DNA of 64,000 nucleotides, from assembly GCA_013239625.1 (NCBI GenBank), contig MU054001.1:809884-873883 (forward strand), written 5' to 3'. The position numbers and the translations under genes are program-made. Below the pieces are notes generated by a model. It worked only from the letters and a program-made list of their open reading frames with translations, was not told where the DNA came from and did not search any database. Numbering within the stretch: the stretch's first letter is position 1; each line of letters starts with the position of its first letter. Below are positions 61,501 through 64,000 of this stretch, in pieces. The DNA is from Lama guanicoe. Taxonomy: Eukaryota.

Positions 61501-62269
61501 TGGCATGGCAAAGGGGTGGAAGACAGAGGTGTGGCTGACCAAACCCCACCAGGAAAACTGCTAACTTCTTGGAAGTCAGGAAGCCAGTGTTGGGAGGCAG
61601 GTGCTGATGTGAGCACTTCTGCCTTAGATCCTGGAAGCAGAGGAAAGGCCTGTGAGAGTCATTCATTCAACATTTACATAGAAGGTACCCTGTGTTGGCT
61701 CCGGGCTGGGGACACAAAGGTGGTTATGGCCCCAGCGTCAGAGGCACGCAGTGTGGTCGGGAGAGGGAAGTCTGTGGTTTGGAGGGTCCTGCCTCCCTCC
61801 GTGCCCCTCGTTCCCCGCTGCTGCTCTGAGGGGTCACTGGCAGGGGCCCAGCAATCTCAGAGGAGTCACACAGGGACGGAGCGAGCCGCTGGAGCTGCCC
61901 TACATTCTCCACTGCTGCGAGCTCATGCATCCACGTGCTCTGACGTCTCATCTTCAGTCATTTTCTGAGCCTCTTGTTTCTGAAGTTCTGTAAATAAGCC
62001 TCATTCCTACCCTCAAACCAACATCTCCCCTAGGTCCCAGTGCTGTGCCAACTTGGTAAAAAAAAGAGGCCTTAGAAGGCCCACCAGGAGCTTACAGGTT
62101 AGTCTGGAAGTTGTAAGGCACGAAAACACAAGATTCACATGGAATTGTGGGAAAATCAGGTAGGGAGGGACCTCTTATCATGCCCTAGGCCCATTAGGGC
62201 ACTTAAATGCTCCACCTCAGATGAAGGCTAGACGGGGACTGGGAAAATTACAGCCCTGGCACTTGCATC

Positions 62270-62422
62270 TCTAGTCACTCACTTGTTCACACATTCATTC
62301 ATTCATTCAAGAATAATTTGTCAAGCTTCTTCCACATGCCTGGCCCTATGATATTAGACATAGCTCCTGCCCTCATGGAACTTATAGTCCCATTAAGGAG
62401 ACAGACATTAAGCAAATAATCC
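62270..62422 (-). mobile_element. L2 3' end
   Basis: 'cattcattcattcattcaa...agacatagctcctgccctcatggaacttatagtc...ggagacagacattaa'. Confidence 0.85.
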
Positions 62423-62560
62423 CTGATCTTTATTATTTCTTTCCTTCTGCTAACTTCAGGTTTGGTTTCTTCTTTTTTCTAACTCTTTTCTGCTGGACAC
62501 CAGAAATTAACAGAACATTGTAAACCAACTATGCTTAAATAAAAATTAAAAAAAATTAAA
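62423..62560. mobile_element. Short inverted L1: antisense ORF2 fragment joined to a sense young L1 3' end
   Basis: 62423-62489 is the reverse complement of an ORF2 linker-like 'ELEK..KPEVSRRKEIIKI' sequence; 62490-62560 is 'caccagaaattaacagaacattgtaaaccaactat' plus an A tail. Confidence 0.7.
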
Positions 62561-63206
62561 ATGATAATAATGGTCATCTAAATAAATGGCAGCCACAAGG
62601 CTCTCACCCTCTGGGCAGCCAAACTCCCTCCTGCCTCCCCTCCCCTCCCCAGAGAGGGTGGGTGGTCTCTGTAGGTGGCAGCAGCCTTGGGTGAGGACCC
62701 CCTTGCCTGTTACTCTGGCTCCCCAGCAGAATGCCTCTGTTCCTGAGCATCTAACCACCCACCCTGAAGAACCCCAAGAGTCACCGGTTGAAAATTTAAT
62801 TGTCCTTATTTGTCCATTTGTCCTCAATTTCTGTACCCCCGGGTCATTACAACAAACAGCAAGTTTGCTCAATGCCTAATAAGTCATGGGAACTCTTCTC
62901 TCCCAAGTGGGAGCCATCAGACCTTATAAACTCCAGCCCACAAGCCCAAACTGCCCCATGGAGCTCAGGGCCTTCAGGAGGAAAGCCAATGGCCTCTTGC
63001 AAAGCAGATACAACACTCTACTTGCCACACACTTTTTTTTTTCCCTACCATGATAAGGTAGCATTTTAGTTGCAGAGTCCCATGAACTGCACCCATGATC
63101 ACTGAGAAATTTCTGGAGTTAGATTGATGTTGGAAACTTTGATCTTCAGCACTAAAAGCTTTCCACCTTCCGTCTCTTAGATGCTTTGACCTTTCCTGAA
63201 CATTTC

Positions 63207-63915
63207 GTGTGGACATAAGTTTTCAAGTCCTTTGGGTAAATATCAAGAAGTCTGATGGCTCTATCACATGGTACGAGTATGTTTAGTTTGGTAAGAAATC
63301 ACCAAGTGGTCTGTTTACACGTGTCAGAACTTGAAAGCAATCAAGATGTCCTTCGGTAGATGAATGGATAAATAAACAATGATACACCCAGACAATGGAA
63401 TATTATGTAGCTCTAAAAATAAATGTGCTTGATTATCAAGCCATGAAAGGATATAGAAGAATCTTAAGTGCCTATTACTAAGTAAAAGAAGCCAATCTGA
63501 AAAGGCTACATCCTGGATGATTCCAACTCTCTGACATCCTGGAAAAGCAAAACTATGTCGACAGTCATTAAGACCAGTGTTTGTCAGGGTCTGCCGGGAG
63601 GAAAGCGGTGAAGAGACAGAGCACACAGGATTTTTAAGGCAGTGAAAATACTTTGTATGATGGTGTCATTGTGGACACATGCCATTATACATTTATCCAA
63701 ATCATAAAATGTATGACATGAAGAAAGAACTGCCCTATAAACTCTGGACTTTGGGTGATTGTGATGAGTCAATGTAGGTTTATCAGTTGTAGCAAAAGTA
63801 CCACGTGTTGCTAGGGGGCAGAGGGTATACAGGAAATCTCTGTACCTTCCCCTCAATTTTGCTGCAAAAAATATAATTTTTTGCTCTAAAAAAAAAGTAA
63901 AGCCTTAATTTAAAA
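63207..63915 (+). mobile_element. L1MC1-like 3' end with an inverted 5' segment (63207-63311)
   Basis: Sense part 'aagatgtccttcggtagatgaatggataaataaac...aagaagccaatctgaaaaggctaca...ggaaatctctgtaccttcc'; antisense part 'ggacataagttttcaagtcctttgggtaaata...gtatgtttagtttggtaagaaa'. Confidence 0.85.
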
Positions 63916-63931
63916 AAAGAAAATCAATTCT

Positions 63932-63960
63932 CACACACACACACACACACACACACATAC
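63932..63960. repeat. (CA)n microsatellite
   Basis: Seen directly. Confidence 0.95.
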
Positions 63961-64000
63961 AAAACCCTATGGATCCCCACAAAACCCTTATAGAAACCCA

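Noticed and set aside
61303..61968. 221-aa plus-strand ORF
   Set aside because: Runs through MIR and L2-like sequence (the 'LQMRKLRL' MIR signature); no protein similarity recognised.
1..64000. Naming the host locus, or calling CRISPR arrays or prokaryote-type systems
   Set aside because: No exon or element that I can tie to a specific gene, and no repeat-spacer arrays or operon-like structure; the DNA is clearly mammalian non-coding sequence.

Overview
This is non-coding eutherian genomic DNA, most likely from a camelid (camel, alpaca or llama). That assignment rests on a tRNA-Ala-derived Vic-1-type SINE and several young L1 3' ends of a type I associate with camelids. I find no supportable protein-coding gene: the ORF-track entries are chance frames, microsatellite frames or decayed L1 ORF2 fragments. 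The window is a mosaic of old repeats (MIR, L2, MLT1/ERVL-MaLR LTRs, L1MA/MB/MC/ME, MER5/MER20/MER53/MER81/Tigger), younger nested L1 fragments, one processed U6 pseudogene and microsatellites. Between these sit several repeat-free, homeodomain/Sox/POU-motif-rich blocks, including a ~9 kb nearly transposon-free stretch. This resembles the enhancer landscape (large intron or gene desert) of a developmental regulator, but I cannot name the locus. The most notable direct observations are a U6 retrocopy with strongly AT->GC-biased divergence, a TSD-bounded apparent L1 3' transduction, two twin-priming-type inverted L1s, and a perfect IR-1 element next to a perfect TCAAGGTCA site. Repeat subfamily names come from recalled consensus motifs, not a database search, and most boundaries are approximate. 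I see no evidence for a new gene system.
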